Positions 28,492 through 38,184 of a DNA stretch of 64,000 nt are shown here, in pieces (within the stretch, counting starts at the first letter, position 1; each line of letters begins with the position of its first letter). The stretch spans positions 6,705 through 70,704 of the forward strand of contig DATKZO010000013.1 of the NCBI GenBank assembly GCA_035527935.1, written 5' to 3'. The DNA is from Bacteroidales bacterium. GTDB taxonomy: Bacteria > Bacteroidota > Bacteroidia > Bacteroidales > VadinHA17. The translations under genes were made by a program, and so were the position numbers. A model generated the notes under the pieces. That model did not search any database. It saw nothing but the letters and a program-made list of their open reading frames with translations, and was not told the origin of the DNA.

Positions 28492-28585
28492 CGCTGACGA
28501 TAATCATGTTTACGTGATTCTCTGCAATATGAACTTATCAATTTCGTTAATTATTGTGATCAAACGAGAAATTACATTTATAAAC

Positions 28586-28593
28586 TATATTTG
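28586..28593 (+). promoter_or_regulatory. -7 box TATATTTG upstream of porU
   Basis: It matches TAnnTTTG and lies 18 nt upstream of the ATG at 28611. Confidence 0.4.
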
Positions 28594-28610
28594 CCGGAAG
28601 ATTGAAGCCC

Positions 28611-31600
28611 ATGCGATTGAAACAAAATATTCATATTGCATTTCTTATCTTCATGATTGCATTCACTGGAATCACAGTAAAAGGTCAGGGTTATGCGGCC
28701 AATTCCGTTTTGAAGGATGGTACCTGGTACAGGATAAAGGTTAATGAGGAGGTTATTGTCAGGATCAATTACTCTGACCTGGAGAAGCTAGGCCTTACCT
28801 CAGGATTACCGATGGTTTACGGTAATAATCACGGGCTGTTATCCTACTATAATAATGACCCAAGCCCTGATGACCTCGAACCTGTAAATATACATATTGA
28901 ATTGGGCCAGGATGGAATCTTCAATACCGGTGATTACCTGTTGTTTTATGCTGAAAGCACACACAGATGGGAGTACAAAGGAAATTCAGATTATGATTTC
29001 AAAAGGCACTTTTATTCAGACACAGCTTTTTATTTCATTACATCCGGTACAATCCCTGCTATCATTGAAACGGATAATACCCCTTTAACATACAATCAGG
29101 TAACTCAATATTGCGACCATCTCTTCATACATGAGATCGAAACAAGCAATATTCTTAAATCGGGCCGGGAATGGTATCAACCGGTAGTTTCAACCCTGCC
29201 GCTAAGTATTAATCCCGGATTTAATGATTTCACTCTTGAAGAGGGTGAGGAGGTTAAGATTACCGCGAAGGTACTTGCAAGGTCGTCGTTGCTTACACTC
29301 TTCCGTCTGAATAACGGTGGATCAACAATTTCATCAATCCAGGTGCCTGAAGTGAACGTATTTAATACTGCCGGGACATATGCCAGGATAGTTGAGAATT
29401 CAGTCACGGTCAGTAATAGTGTTATTGCACCGGGGCTGTCGCTGGAATATCATAATAATGGTGATAGCAATGCCAGGGGATGGCTCGATTTCCTGAAGAT
29501 CAGAATGAGAGTAAAACTGGCATATAAGGATGAGCCCCTTGTAATCAGAGACCACAAGACAGCCAATACCGGAAATATTACCCGTTTCGATATTGATTCT
29601 GATTATAATAACCTGATCATCTGGGATGTTACTGATCATCAAAATCCTGTAAATATCCCTGTTTCATACAATGCAGGTGTTATCTCCTTTGTAGCGGTTA
29701 CTGATTCACTTAATAAATATGTTGCATTCAGGCTACAGGATGCAATATCTCCAATCTCTGTTGATGGACCTGTTGACAACCAGAATCTGCACCAGGGAGG
29801 AGAATATGATATGATAATTGTAACTCATCCCTTTTACAGGAGCTATGCAGAACGGCTTGCTGACTTTCATCTGGAAAATGATGGCCTGGTATCAATCGTA
29901 GTAACTCCCGGGCAGATATATAATGAATTCTCAGGTGGAATACCGGATATATCGGCAATCAGGAATTATGTACGAATGGTTTACACCCGGAACAAGGAAG
30001 GTACGCGGCCCCTGAAATACCTGTTACTTTTTGGCGATGGTTCTTATGAGAACAGGACTCCCCCGCCTTCCAACCCGAACTATATTCCTACATACCAAAC
30101 CCTTAATTCCAATATTAATGTTCTCTCATTTATTTCAGATGATTATTACGGACTGCTCGATCCGGGAGAAGGAGAATCGACGGGGTTTATTGATATTGGT
30201 ATAGGAAGGCTGCCCGTTTACGATACTACGCAGGCTATGATCCTCTTGAAGAAAATTGAGGAATATGCAGATCCGTCAACCATGGGATCATGGCGAAATA
30301 CAATTTGCATGGTTGCTGACGATGAGGATGATAATGCGCATATTAATGATGCCGAAAGCCTCTCGAATCTGATAAACTCTGTTGCCCCTGCTTTCAATAT
30401 TGAAAAGGTTTATTTAGATTCCTACAGGCAGGAGACTTCGATCAGTGGAGACTCATACCCCGCTGCTACGGCAGCTATTGATAACAAAATTGAAGCAGGA
30501 TGCCTGATATTCAATTATCTGGGGCATGGTAATGAGCTGGGTCTAGCGCACGAGCGGGTCGTTAAAACCGAAAATATAAACTCCTGGCGCAATGGCGGCA
30601 GGCTACCGGTCTTTATTACGGCAACCTGTGAGTTCAGCAGGTTTGATGATGTTGATATTGATCCCGGATCGGGGGATATTACACCTAAACCATCGGCTGG
30701 TGAAATGGTGTTGCTCAACCCGGATGGTGGAGGTATTGCACTGCTAACTACCACGCGTATTGTCTATTCTGCTCCGAATTACATACTTAACAACAGGATT
30801 TACCAGTATGCATTTGAAAAGGATGAGAATAATGAAGGGCTTACCCTTGGTCAGATAGTGAAACTTGCCAAGAATAATGCCGGTTCAGGTGATAATAAAC
30901 GTAACTTTACACTACTTGGAGACCCTGCCCTCAAGCTTGCATATCCGTGGCACGGAACAGTTATTACCGACTCTGTTAACGGTGAACATCTTTCGGTTTT
31001 CATTGACACGATAAAAGCACTTTCCAAAATCACCATTTCAGGTCACATTGAAGATAATACCGGGGTGATGGTTGATGATTTCAACGGGATTGTTTATCCG
31101 GCCCTCTTCGATAAGGCTTACAATGTTACCACACTTGCCAATGACGGGGGTCAGCCATACGAGTATTCACTACAGGACAGGGTATTATTCAAGGGCAAGG
31201 TTGAGGTGAAGGATGGCAGGTTCAGTTTTACCCTTATTGTTCCAAGGGATATTGATTTTACCTACGGTCAGGGCAAGGTAAGCTATTTTGCAGTGGCCGA
31301 TTCGAAGGATTATTCAGGATACAATACTGACCTCATGATCGGAGGATTCAGTAATGTAATAAGTTCCGATACGTCAGGGCCTGAAATCAGGTTATTCCTT
31401 AACGACACTCTTTTCAGGGCAGGTGGCATTACTGATAATTGGCCTGTCCTGTTGGCACTCATCAGCGATGATAGGGGAATCAACACAACCGGTACGGGTC
31501 TTGGTCATGATATTGTATGCTATACAGATGATGACCGGACCAATTCGGTCGTATTAAACAATTATTATGAAAACGATCTTGGAACATATGTTTCAGGAAG

Positions 31601-32027
31601 CCTGAGGTACCCACTCGGATATTTTGACAGGAGCAGACATTCTGTTACCCTGAAAGCGTGGGATAACTTCAATAACTCATCAACGGAAACACTTGTATTC
31701 TATGTGGAGTCAGAAGGGTCGTTTATCCTCAATAGATTAATTAATTGGCCAAATCCTGCTCCCGGAGAAACAAGGATAAGCCTTGAGCACAACAGGCCGG
31801 ACACAGAAATGACCATTGAAATCAGTATTTATACATCCGGTGGAGCGGTTGTAAAAAGAATTATTGACAGGCAGGTTACAACAGGATATAAGCTCAATCC
31901 TATAGTTTGGGATGGGCATAACGAAAGCGGTTCAAGGGTTGGAAGAGGGGTATATATCTACTCTGTTACTATCACAACCGGCGAAAGTGAAGTTGGCAGA
32001 ATATCGGGCAGAATGGTAATTTTATAA
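28611..32027 (+). CDS. porU: T9SS C-terminal signal peptidase/sortase PorU (C25 gingipain-like)
   Basis: The protein is ~1138 aa and porV lies immediately downstream. The central region 'YLLLFGDGSY...YYG' fits a C25-type fold. The C-terminal beta-sandwich reads 'YIYSVTITTGE..GRMVIL'. Confidence 0.85.
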   Translation: MRLKQNIHIAFLIFMIAFTGITVKGQGYAANSVLKDGTWYRIKVNEEVIVRINYSDLEKLGLTSGLPMVYGNNHGLLSYYNNDPSPDDLEPVNIHIELGQDGIFNTGDYLLFYAESTHRWEYKGNSDYDFKRHFYSDTAFYFITSGTIPAIIETDNTPLTYNQVTQYCDHLFIHEIETSNILKSGREWYQPVVSTLPLSINPGFNDFTLEEGEEVKITAKVLARSSLLTLFRLNNGGSTISSIQVPEVNVFNTAGTYARIVENSVTVSNSVIAPGLSLEYHNNGDSNARGWLDFLKIRMRVKLAYKDEPLVIRDHKTANTGNITRFDIDSDYNNLIIWDVTDHQNPVNIPVSYNAGVISFVAVTDSLNKYVAFRLQDAISPISVDGPVDNQNLHQGGEYDMIIVTHPFYRSYAERLADFHLENDGLVSIVVTPGQIYNEFSGGIPDISAIRNYVRMVYTRNKEGTRPLKYLLLFGDGSYENRTPPPSNPNYIPTYQTLNSNINVLSFISDDYYGLLDPGEGESTGFIDIGIGRLPVYDTTQAMILLKKIEEYADPSTMGSWRNTICMVADDEDDNAHINDAESLSNLINSVAPAFNIEKVYLDSYRQETSISGDSYPAATAAIDNKIEAGCLIFNYLGHGNELGLAHERVVKTENINSWRNGGRLPVFITATCEFSRFDDVDIDPGSGDITPKPSAGEMVLLNPDGGGIALLTTTRIVYSAPNYILNNRIYQYAFEKDENNEGLTLGQIVKLAKNNAGSGDNKRNFTLLGDPALKLAYPWHGTVITDSVNGEHLSVFIDTIKALSKITISGHIEDNTGVMVDDFNGIVYPALFDKAYNVTTLANDGGQPYEYSLQDRVLFKGKVEVKDGRFSFTLIVPRDIDFTYGQGKVSYFAVADSKDYSGYNTDLMIGGFSNVISSDTSGPEIRLFLNDTLFRAGGITDNWPVLLALISDDRGINTTGTGLGHDIVCYTDDDRTNSVVLNNYYENDLGTYVSGSLRYPLGYFDRSRHSVTLKAWDNFNNSSTETLVFYVESEGSFILNRLINWPNPAPGETRISLEHNRPDTEMTIEISIYTSGGAVVKRIIDRQVTTGYKLNPIVWDGHNESGSRVGRGVYIYSVTITTGESEVGRISGRMVIL

Positions 32028-32060
32028 TAGATACACAATAAAGCAGCGCTAAAATTGTTT

Positions 32061-32068
32061 TATATTTG
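32061..32068 (+). promoter_or_regulatory. -7 box TATATTTG upstream of porV
   Basis: It matches TAnnTTTG and lies 22 nt upstream of the ATG at 32090. The track ORF starts at a TTG inside this box. Confidence 0.35.
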
Positions 32069-32089
32069 CGATTGAAAGTTGAAAAACTG

Positions 32090-33256
32090 ATGATAAGCAG
32101 GATAGCCATATTATTCATGATTGTGGGTCTGCTGGCAAGCAGTCCCGGGATTTTTTCACAGGAAGAAGGTGAACTTAATGCCATTCATACGGTTGTTCCT
32201 TTTCTTACAATTGCCCCTGATTCCAGATCCGGAGGAATGGGCGATGTAGGGGTTGCAACCACTCCTGATGTTTATAGCATGCATTGGAATCCTGCGAAGT
32301 TTGCATTCATTGATGGTGAAGGAGGTCTCGGAATCTCTTACTCACCCTGGTTAAGAAACCTCGTTCCTGATATAAATATTGCCTATCTGGCAGGCTATTT
32401 CAGGATAGATGAAAAACAGGTGATCAGCACCAGTCTTCTATATTCCAATTTTGGAGAAATACAATTCACTGATAATTATGGCAATGAACAGCTTGTTTTC
32501 AGGGCCAATGAGTTCAGCCTGGATGCGGCCTATTCAAGAAAGCTGACCGAGACTTTTGCGGGAGGCATTGCATTCAGGTTTATATATTCGAATCTGACCG
32601 GCGGCTATTATGATGGAATTACTGAAACCAAACCGGGGATATCTTTCGCCGCTGATATGTCATTCTATTATTTTAATGAAATATCGCTTGGAGACAAGGA
32701 CGGGGAGATATCCTTTGGTACAAATATTTCAAATATCGGTTCAAAGATGAGTTATACCGATGCCCGTGATCCTGATTTTATTCCGATGAATATGCGCCTT
32801 GGTACATCGGGTACCGTTTTTCTTGACAAGTATAACAAGATCAATGTTTCAATCGATCTAAATAAGTTACTGGTACCCACACCTCCGATTTATGATGCTG
32901 GCGGTAATATTATTGCAGGGAAGGATCCAAACGTTGCTGTTCCGGTTGCAATATTCCAGAGTTTTGGTGATGCGCCAGGAGGGTTTAAGGAAGAGATTCG
33001 CGAGATAACCTGCTCACTCGGAACCGAGTATGTTTACAATGAGCAGTTCGCTATAAGGGGAGGTTACTTCCATGAACATGCCAGCAAGGGTAACCGTAAA
33101 TATTTTACTGCCGGTGCCGGACTAAAGATGAGTGTATTCTCACTGGATTTCTCCTACCTGATGCCGCTGGTTCAAAACCACCCCCTGGCACGCACACTTC
33201 GCTTCTCGCTCTCATTTGAGTTTGATGCCTTCAGAACTGTGAAACGATCGAGCTGA
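32090..33256 (+). CDS. porV: T9SS outer-membrane shuttle protein PorV (LptO)
   Basis: 'PFLTIAPDSRSGGMGDVGVATTPD' is characteristic of PorV. The protein has beta-barrel length and follows porU. Confidence 0.85.
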   Translation: MISRIAILFMIVGLLASSPGIFSQEEGELNAIHTVVPFLTIAPDSRSGGMGDVGVATTPDVYSMHWNPAKFAFIDGEGGLGISYSPWLRNLVPDINIAYLAGYFRIDEKQVISTSLLYSNFGEIQFTDNYGNEQLVFRANEFSLDAAYSRKLTETFAGGIAFRFIYSNLTGGYYDGITETKPGISFAADMSFYYFNEISLGDKDGEISFGTNISNIGSKMSYTDARDPDFIPMNMRLGTSGTVFLDKYNKINVSIDLNKLLVPTPPIYDAGGNIIAGKDPNVAVPVAIFQSFGDAPGGFKEEIREITCSLGTEYVYNEQFAIRGGYFHEHASKGNRKYFTAGAGLKMSVFSLDFSYLMPLVQNHPLARTLRFSLSFEFDAFRTVKRSS

Positions 33257-33735
33257 TGAATTTCCGGATTGGACAGGGAATAGACTTTCACCGGCTGGAA
33301 GAGGATCTTGATCTCTGGGTCGGTGGTTTACTTATTCCTTCCGGCAGGGGATCTGTTTCCCATTCGGATGGTGATGTTCTGATCCATGCTATATGTGATG
33401 CTTTGCTTGGTGCAGCTGGTCTGAGGGATATTGGCTATCATTTCCCTGACACAGATGAGAAATACCTTAACATCGACAGTAAGGTGCTCCTCAGGAAAAC
33501 CCTTGCATTAATCTCTGAAGCAGGCTTTGAAATAGTTAATATTGACACAACTGTTTGCCTCGAAAATCCAAAGCTTTCTGCGTATATAGATAGGATTAAA
33601 GGGACTCTGGCAGAGATCACCGGATTAATCCCTGACAGAATTGGGGTAAAAGCCACCACCACTGAGAAGATGGGGTTTACAGGCCGGGAAGAGGGCATAA
33701 TTGCCGTTGCCTCAGTATTATTATCAGAATCATAA
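33256..33735 (+). CDS. ispF: 2-C-methyl-D-erythritol 2,4-cyclodiphosphate synthase
   Basis: 'GQGIDFHRL' and 'HSDGDVLIHAICDALLGA' are present. The protein is 159 aa. Its start overlaps the porV stop by 1 nt. Confidence 0.95.
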   Translation: MNFRIGQGIDFHRLEEDLDLWVGGLLIPSGRGSVSHSDGDVLIHAICDALLGAAGLRDIGYHFPDTDEKYLNIDSKVLLRKTLALISEAGFEIVNIDTTVCLENPKLSAYIDRIKGTLAEITGLIPDRIGVKATTTEKMGFTGREEGIIAVASVLLSES

Positions 33736-33870
33736 AAATCTTTTTTATCCCGTGGTGTAACGCATAACTGCTGAGGGAATGTGCTTTATACCCGTTCCAA
33801 AAATTAAGCAGGTCTCCGCTGATTCCATGAAATTTTAATCATTACCGGGAATAACCTTTGCTCATAATGC

Positions 33871-33878
33871 TATTTTTG
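33871..33878 (+). promoter_or_regulatory. -7 box TATTTTTG
   Basis: It matches TAnnTTTG and lies 13 nt upstream of the ATG at 33892. Confidence 0.3.
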
Positions 33879-33891
33879 TAAAAATATTCTT

Positions 33892-34257
33892 ATGGAAAAG
33901 AAAACTCTTGTTTTAGGTGCCAGCGATAATCCAAGCCGATTTGCATACAAGGCAATAAGGAGTCTGCAAAGAAGAGATATTCCGATAGTTGCCATAGGGA
34001 GAAAGGATATTGACCTTAACGGAATAAAAATTCGTAAGGGCAAGCCCGCTGACGTGAAAGGGATACATACAGTTTCACTCTATATGAATTCTTCCCTCCA
34101 GAGAGAATATTATGATTATATTCTCTCTTTGAATCCCAGTAGGATTATTTTCAACCCGGGAACCAGGAATCCTGAGCTTGCTGAAATTGCTATTGGTCGA
34201 GGCATTGAGGCAGTTGATGATTGTATGCTTGTAATGCTCAATACCGGAAGATTCTAA
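33892..34257 (+). CDS. CoA-binding domain protein (YccU-like)
   Basis: 'LVLGASDNPSRFAYKA' is a Rossmann-like N-terminus. The protein is ~120 aa. Confidence 0.65.
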   Translation: MEKKTLVLGASDNPSRFAYKAIRSLQRRDIPIVAIGRKDIDLNGIKIRKGKPADVKGIHTVSLYMNSSLQREYYDYILSLNPSRIIFNPGTRNPELAEIAIGRGIEAVDDCMLVMLNTGRF

Positions 34258-34311
34258 GATTGGATTTAATGCTGCAGAGTGACTGAGGTCAGTGCACCGT
34301 ATGAGGCATTA

Positions 34312-36321
34312 CTATTCAAAGAGCCTGTCAATCAGCTGGTCGTCTGCAATATAAGGCAATGTGATTTTCAGTTCCACAGTCCTTTCCATCTCTCTTCTGG
34401 CGGTAAAGATTGCTTCATTGTTCCTGGCCCAGCTTCTGCGCGCAATACCATTATTAACATCCCAGTGAAGCATCATTTCCAATCTTCTTTCAGCCTCTTT
34501 CGACCCATCAAGCAGCATACCAAATCCTCCGTTTATCACCTCGCCCCATCCAACTCCGCCACCATTGTGTATCGACACCCAGGTTGCCCCTCTGAAGGAG
34601 TCTCCAATTACATTCTGTATAGCCATATCGGCTGTAAAGCTTGATCCATCATAAATATTCGATGTCTCTCTGAATGGCGAATCTGTTCCTGATACATCAT
34701 GATGATCGCGGCCAATTACCACCGGCGCCGTGATATGTCCGGAGGCAGTGGCATCATTGAATGCCCTGGCGATCTTTATCCTTCCTTCAGCGTCAGCATA
34801 AAGGATACGGGCCTGTGATCCTACCACCAGTCTGTTCTTCCCTGCTTCCCTGATCCAATGAATATTATCAGCCATCTGCTGCCTTATCTGAGGCGGAGCT
34901 GTTTTCATTATATCCTCAAGAACCGATGCAGCTATCTTATCTGTTCTGACAAGATCTTCAGGGTCATTTGAACAGCAAATCCACCTGAAAGGCCCGAACC
35001 CGTAGTCAAAGCACATAGGCCCCATAATATCCTGGACGTATGACGGATATTTGAATTCGCCCTTTTCGTTCAGAATATCGGCACCTGCCCTTGACGACTC
35101 CAGGAGAAAAGCATTCCCATAATCAAAGAAGTAGGTTCCCATACGGGTGTGCCTGTTAATGGCATTAACCTGCCTTCGAAGCGACTCCCTGACATGTTCC
35201 CTGAATATGTCAGGTTCCTCTGCCATCATCCTGTTTGACTCCCCGAATGAGAGATCAACCGGATAATAACCCCCGGACCAGGGATTATGGAGAGAGGTCT
35301 GATCGGATCCGATATCAACACGAATTCCTTCATTGGCAAATTTCTCCCAAACTTCAACTATATTGCCCTGATAGGCTATTGATGTCACTTTTTTATCCTT
35401 AACTGCTTCCCTTACCCTTTTCACCAATTGATCAGGATCAACCAGCACCTCATCGACCCATCCCTGGCTGTGTCTTGTTTCTATTGCTTTCGGGTTTACT
35501 TCAGCAATAACCGATACCAACCCGGCAATATTTCCGGCTTTTGACTGTGCCCCCGACATCCCTCCTAGTCCGGAAGAAACAAAAAGCTTACCTTTTGTAT
35601 CGGCAGACCCCTTGGAAATCAACCTCATAGCATTGAGAATAGTGATAGTTGTGCCATGAACAATACCCTGAGGGCCGATATACATATATGATCCGGCTGT
35701 CATCTGACCATACTGGCTTACGCCCAGTGCATTAAATTTTTCCCAATGATCCTGTGATGAGTAATTCGGGATAACCATCCCGTTGGTTACAACCACCCGA
35801 GGCGCGTCATTGTGCGATGGGAATAGCCCAAGAGGATGACCTGAGTATACTACAAGTGTCTGCTCATCAGTCATCTCTGCCAGATATTTCATGGTTAACC
35901 TGAACTGGGCCCAATTCTGGAATACTGCACCATTACCCCCATAGGTTATAAGTTCATGTGGATGTTGTGCCACTGCTTTATCAAGATTGTTGCATATCAT
36001 CAGCATAATGGCAGCTGCCTGCCTCGACCGGTAAGGAAATTCATCAATATGCCTTGCTTTGATATCAATGCAGGGCATAAACCGGTACATATAAATCCGC
36101 CCATACTTTTCCAGCTCCTGTGCAAATTCTTTAGCCAGCTCCTGGTGGAATCGCTCAGGGAAGTAGCGGAGTGCATTTTTCACTGCAAGCCGTTTCTCCT
36201 CAATCGTTAATATATCTTTACGTCTCGGCGCATGATTTATTTTATCATCCCTGGGGTTAGATGAAGGCAACTCTTCGGGAATTCCTTCAAGTATTACTCT
36301 TTTAAACTCACTGACAATCAT
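34312..36321 (-). CDS. hutU: Urocanate hydratase
   Basis: The length and the motifs 'GGMSGAQ' and 'HDVSGTDSPFRETSN' fit urocanase. The start is set at MIVSEF (ATG 36321). The track ORF starts at a TTG inside the promoter box. Confidence 0.95.
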   Translation of the reverse strand: MIVSEFKRVILEGIPEELPSSNPRDDKINHAPRRKDILTIEEKRLAVKNALRYFPERFHQELAKEFAQELEKYGRIYMYRFMPCIDIKARHIDEFPYRSRQAAAIMLMICNNLDKAVAQHPHELITYGGNGAVFQNWAQFRLTMKYLAEMTDEQTLVVYSGHPLGLFPSHNDAPRVVVTNGMVIPNYSSQDHWEKFNALGVSQYGQMTAGSYMYIGPQGIVHGTTITILNAMRLISKGSADTKGKLFVSSGLGGMSGAQSKAGNIAGLVSVIAEVNPKAIETRHSQGWVDEVLVDPDQLVKRVREAVKDKKVTSIAYQGNIVEVWEKFANEGIRVDIGSDQTSLHNPWSGGYYPVDLSFGESNRMMAEEPDIFREHVRESLRRQVNAINRHTRMGTYFFDYGNAFLLESSRAGADILNEKGEFKYPSYVQDIMGPMCFDYGFGPFRWICCSNDPEDLVRTDKIAASVLEDIMKTAPPQIRQQMADNIHWIREAGKNRLVVGSQARILYADAEGRIKIARAFNDATASGHITAPVVIGRDHHDVSGTDSPFRETSNIYDGSSFTADMAIQNVIGDSFRGATWVSIHNGGGVGWGEVINGGFGMLLDGSKEAERRLEMMLHWDVNNGIARRSWARNNEAIFTARREMERTVELKITLPYIADDQLIDRLFE

Positions 36322-36351
36322 TTCCTTACATTTTATCACATGTACAGGATA

Positions 36352-36359
36352 CAAAGATA
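36352..36359 (-). promoter_or_regulatory. -7 box, TATCTTTG on the minus strand, upstream of hutU
   Basis: It matches TAnnTTTG and lies 31 nt upstream of the ATG at 36321. Confidence 0.35.
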
Positions 36360-36450
36360 AATATTTTTTCTCTTACCCTGGTTTAGGATTGTCTTCAGCA
36401 GATAATTAAATAATTACAGTATTAATTTATAGTATTATTTCACGTGAATA

Positions 36451-36482
36451 TGGCTGCTGAAGTCCCGGCATGACAGCAGCCA
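36451..36482. other. 9-bp stem hairpin, tggctgctg-(14 nt)-cagcagcca
   Basis: Read directly. It lies 25 nt upstream of GC-rich repeat copy 1. Confidence 0.6.
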
Positions 36483-36506
36483 GTTTTAATAATAAAGGCT
36501 TCTGCT

Positions 36507-36623
36507 ATTGAAGCTCCCCGCCGCAAGCAGCGGGGAACAGGGTTTACAAGCTCGGCGACTTCGTCGGATGTAGCCCCGATGAACCGGTGCGAAGTTGAAG
36601 CCAATGCACTAGCCGGGACTCAG
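36507..36623 (+). repeat. GC-rich structured intergenic repeat, copy 1
   Basis: The sequence attgaagctccccgccgcaagcagcggggaacagggtttacaagctcggcgacttc... matches 45330-45385 at 49 of 56 positions by hand alignment. Weaker similarity continues (ccccgatgaacc / cacccgatcaaacc; gccgggactc / tccggactc). Confidence 0.8.
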
Positions 36624-36894
36624 AATTTTCATGATTTACAAACAAAATGACATCTTTTGGAACCTTCGAAAAAAAGCCTGCCTGTTCATAATTCAATAAC
36701 ATATTGTATAACAGATACATAGTCTGTTGAAATATTTTTTTTTCAGAAGTAAAACACATTTAAAAAATGCATATAATTGCACTGTTATTTGAGAATTAAA
36801 ATGGGCCTTTACGACACGCTGTAATAATCAGAGAAACAAAGAATTATGTTACACTTAAAAAACAGAAAAAAAATTATCGACAGACCAATTAAAA

Positions 36895-38184
36895 ATGAAA
36901 CCCGCAAAAAAGAATGTTTGGAACTCTGCTTCAGATGAAGCGGAAGTCCAGGAACCTCCACTCCCTCACAGTGGAACAGCTGAGGCTGAGGTAAAACTGC
37001 ATAATCACCCGGCCCCGGGCCAGGTAAGGCAGGCATTCATCAGGAGACATTTCCCTGGCACCAGTCAGGACGACTGGAACAACTGGCAATGGCAACTCCG
37101 GAACAGTTTCAAATCGATCAAAGACCTTTCCACTTTCCTAAACCTTTCACAGGATGAACTGGCGGTCACCGAGAAGAACATTAATCTTCCGGTAAGAGTC
37201 ACTCCCTATTATGCAAGCCTGTTAAGCAGGTTTAATCCTGATCACCCTCTGAGAAAAACAGTAGTCCCGGTAATGGATGAACTGATCCTTTCTGACGGTG
37301 AATCAGCTGACCCACTTGGCGAGACACACGATAGTGTTGCCAGATGTCTTGTTCACAGGTATCCCGACAGGGTACTGTTTCTTGTATCTGATTTCTGCGG
37401 CGCCTATTGCAGGTATTGCACCAGGTCACATATGGTTGCCAAGGAAAAGGGCACTGTAGTCAGGAAGCAGGACTGGAACCTTGCAATCGACTATATCAGA
37501 AACCACTCTGAAGTGAGGGATGTCATCCTCTCGGGTGGTGATCCGCTTACACTATCGGATAATCTACTGGAGTACCTTCTTTCAGGATTGAGATCAATAC
37601 CACATCTTGAAATAATAAGGATCGGTACCAAGGTACCTGCCGTATTACCGCAACGCATAACACCATCCCTTGTCAATATGCTCAGAAAATACCATCCCAT
37701 CTTCATGAGCCTGCATTTTACCCATCCCGATGAGATGACTCCTGAGACACAGAGGGCATGCAACATGCTCGCTGATGCGGGGATACCTCTCGGCAGCCAG
37801 ACTGTATTGCTGAAAGGAATAAATGACAACACGGAAACCTTTAAAAAACTTTTTCACCAACTGCTGAAAGTCAGGGTTAAGCCATACTATATCTACCAGT
37901 GCGATCCGATTCCCGGTTCACGGCATTTCAGGACACCGGTTCAGAAAGGCCTTGAGATCATTCGTGGTTTAAGGGGCTTCACCTCTGGTTATGCCATACC
38001 CCATTATGTAATTGATGCACCTGGTGGAGGAGGAAAAATACCAATTCTGCCTGAATATGTCATCGGGCATAATGAAAAAGGCCTCTTACTCCGGAACTTT
38101 GAGGGTAAGGAATATGTTTATCCTGACCACGGTGAAGGCACTGCCGGCTTTTCCCATGGCGTAAGGAACCATGATGCATACTGA
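36895..38184 (+). CDS. KamA-family radical-SAM/PLP lysine 2,3-aminomutase
   Basis: 'CGAYCRYCTRS' is the CX3CX2C motif. 'IDAPGGGGKIP' is the PLP-lysine motif. 'WNNWQWQLRNS' is an N-terminal hallmark of the family. Confidence 0.85.
   Translation: MKPAKKNVWNSASDEAEVQEPPLPHSGTAEAEVKLHNHPAPGQVRQAFIRRHFPGTSQDDWNNWQWQLRNSFKSIKDLSTFLNLSQDELAVTEKNINLPVRVTPYYASLLSRFNPDHPLRKTVVPVMDELILSDGESADPLGETHDSVARCLVHRYPDRVLFLVSDFCGAYCRYCTRSHMVAKEKGTVVRKQDWNLAIDYIRNHSEVRDVILSGGDPLTLSDNLLEYLLSGLRSIPHLEIIRIGTKVPAVLPQRITPSLVNMLRKYHPIFMSLHFTHPDEMTPETQRACNMLADAGIPLGSQTVLLKGINDNTETFKKLFHQLLKVRVKPYYIYQCDPIPGSRHFRTPVQKGLEIIRGLRGFTSGYAIPHYVIDAPGGGGKIPILPEYVIGHNEKGLLLRNFEGKEYVYPDHGEGTAGFSHGVRNHDAY

Noticed and set aside
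34279-34644. 121-aa plus-strand ORF
   Set aside because: It lies entirely antisense within the 3' end of the strongly supported hutU gene, so it is a shadow ORF.
36355-36894. Lysine riboswitch (L-box) or another known riboswitch upstream of the KamA-family gene
   Set aside because: I could not recognise the conserved L-box helices or core sequences by eye. The GC-rich part recurs upstream of an unrelated gene at 45.3 kb, which argues for a dispersed repeat. A covariance-model scan would be needed to exclude a riboswitch.
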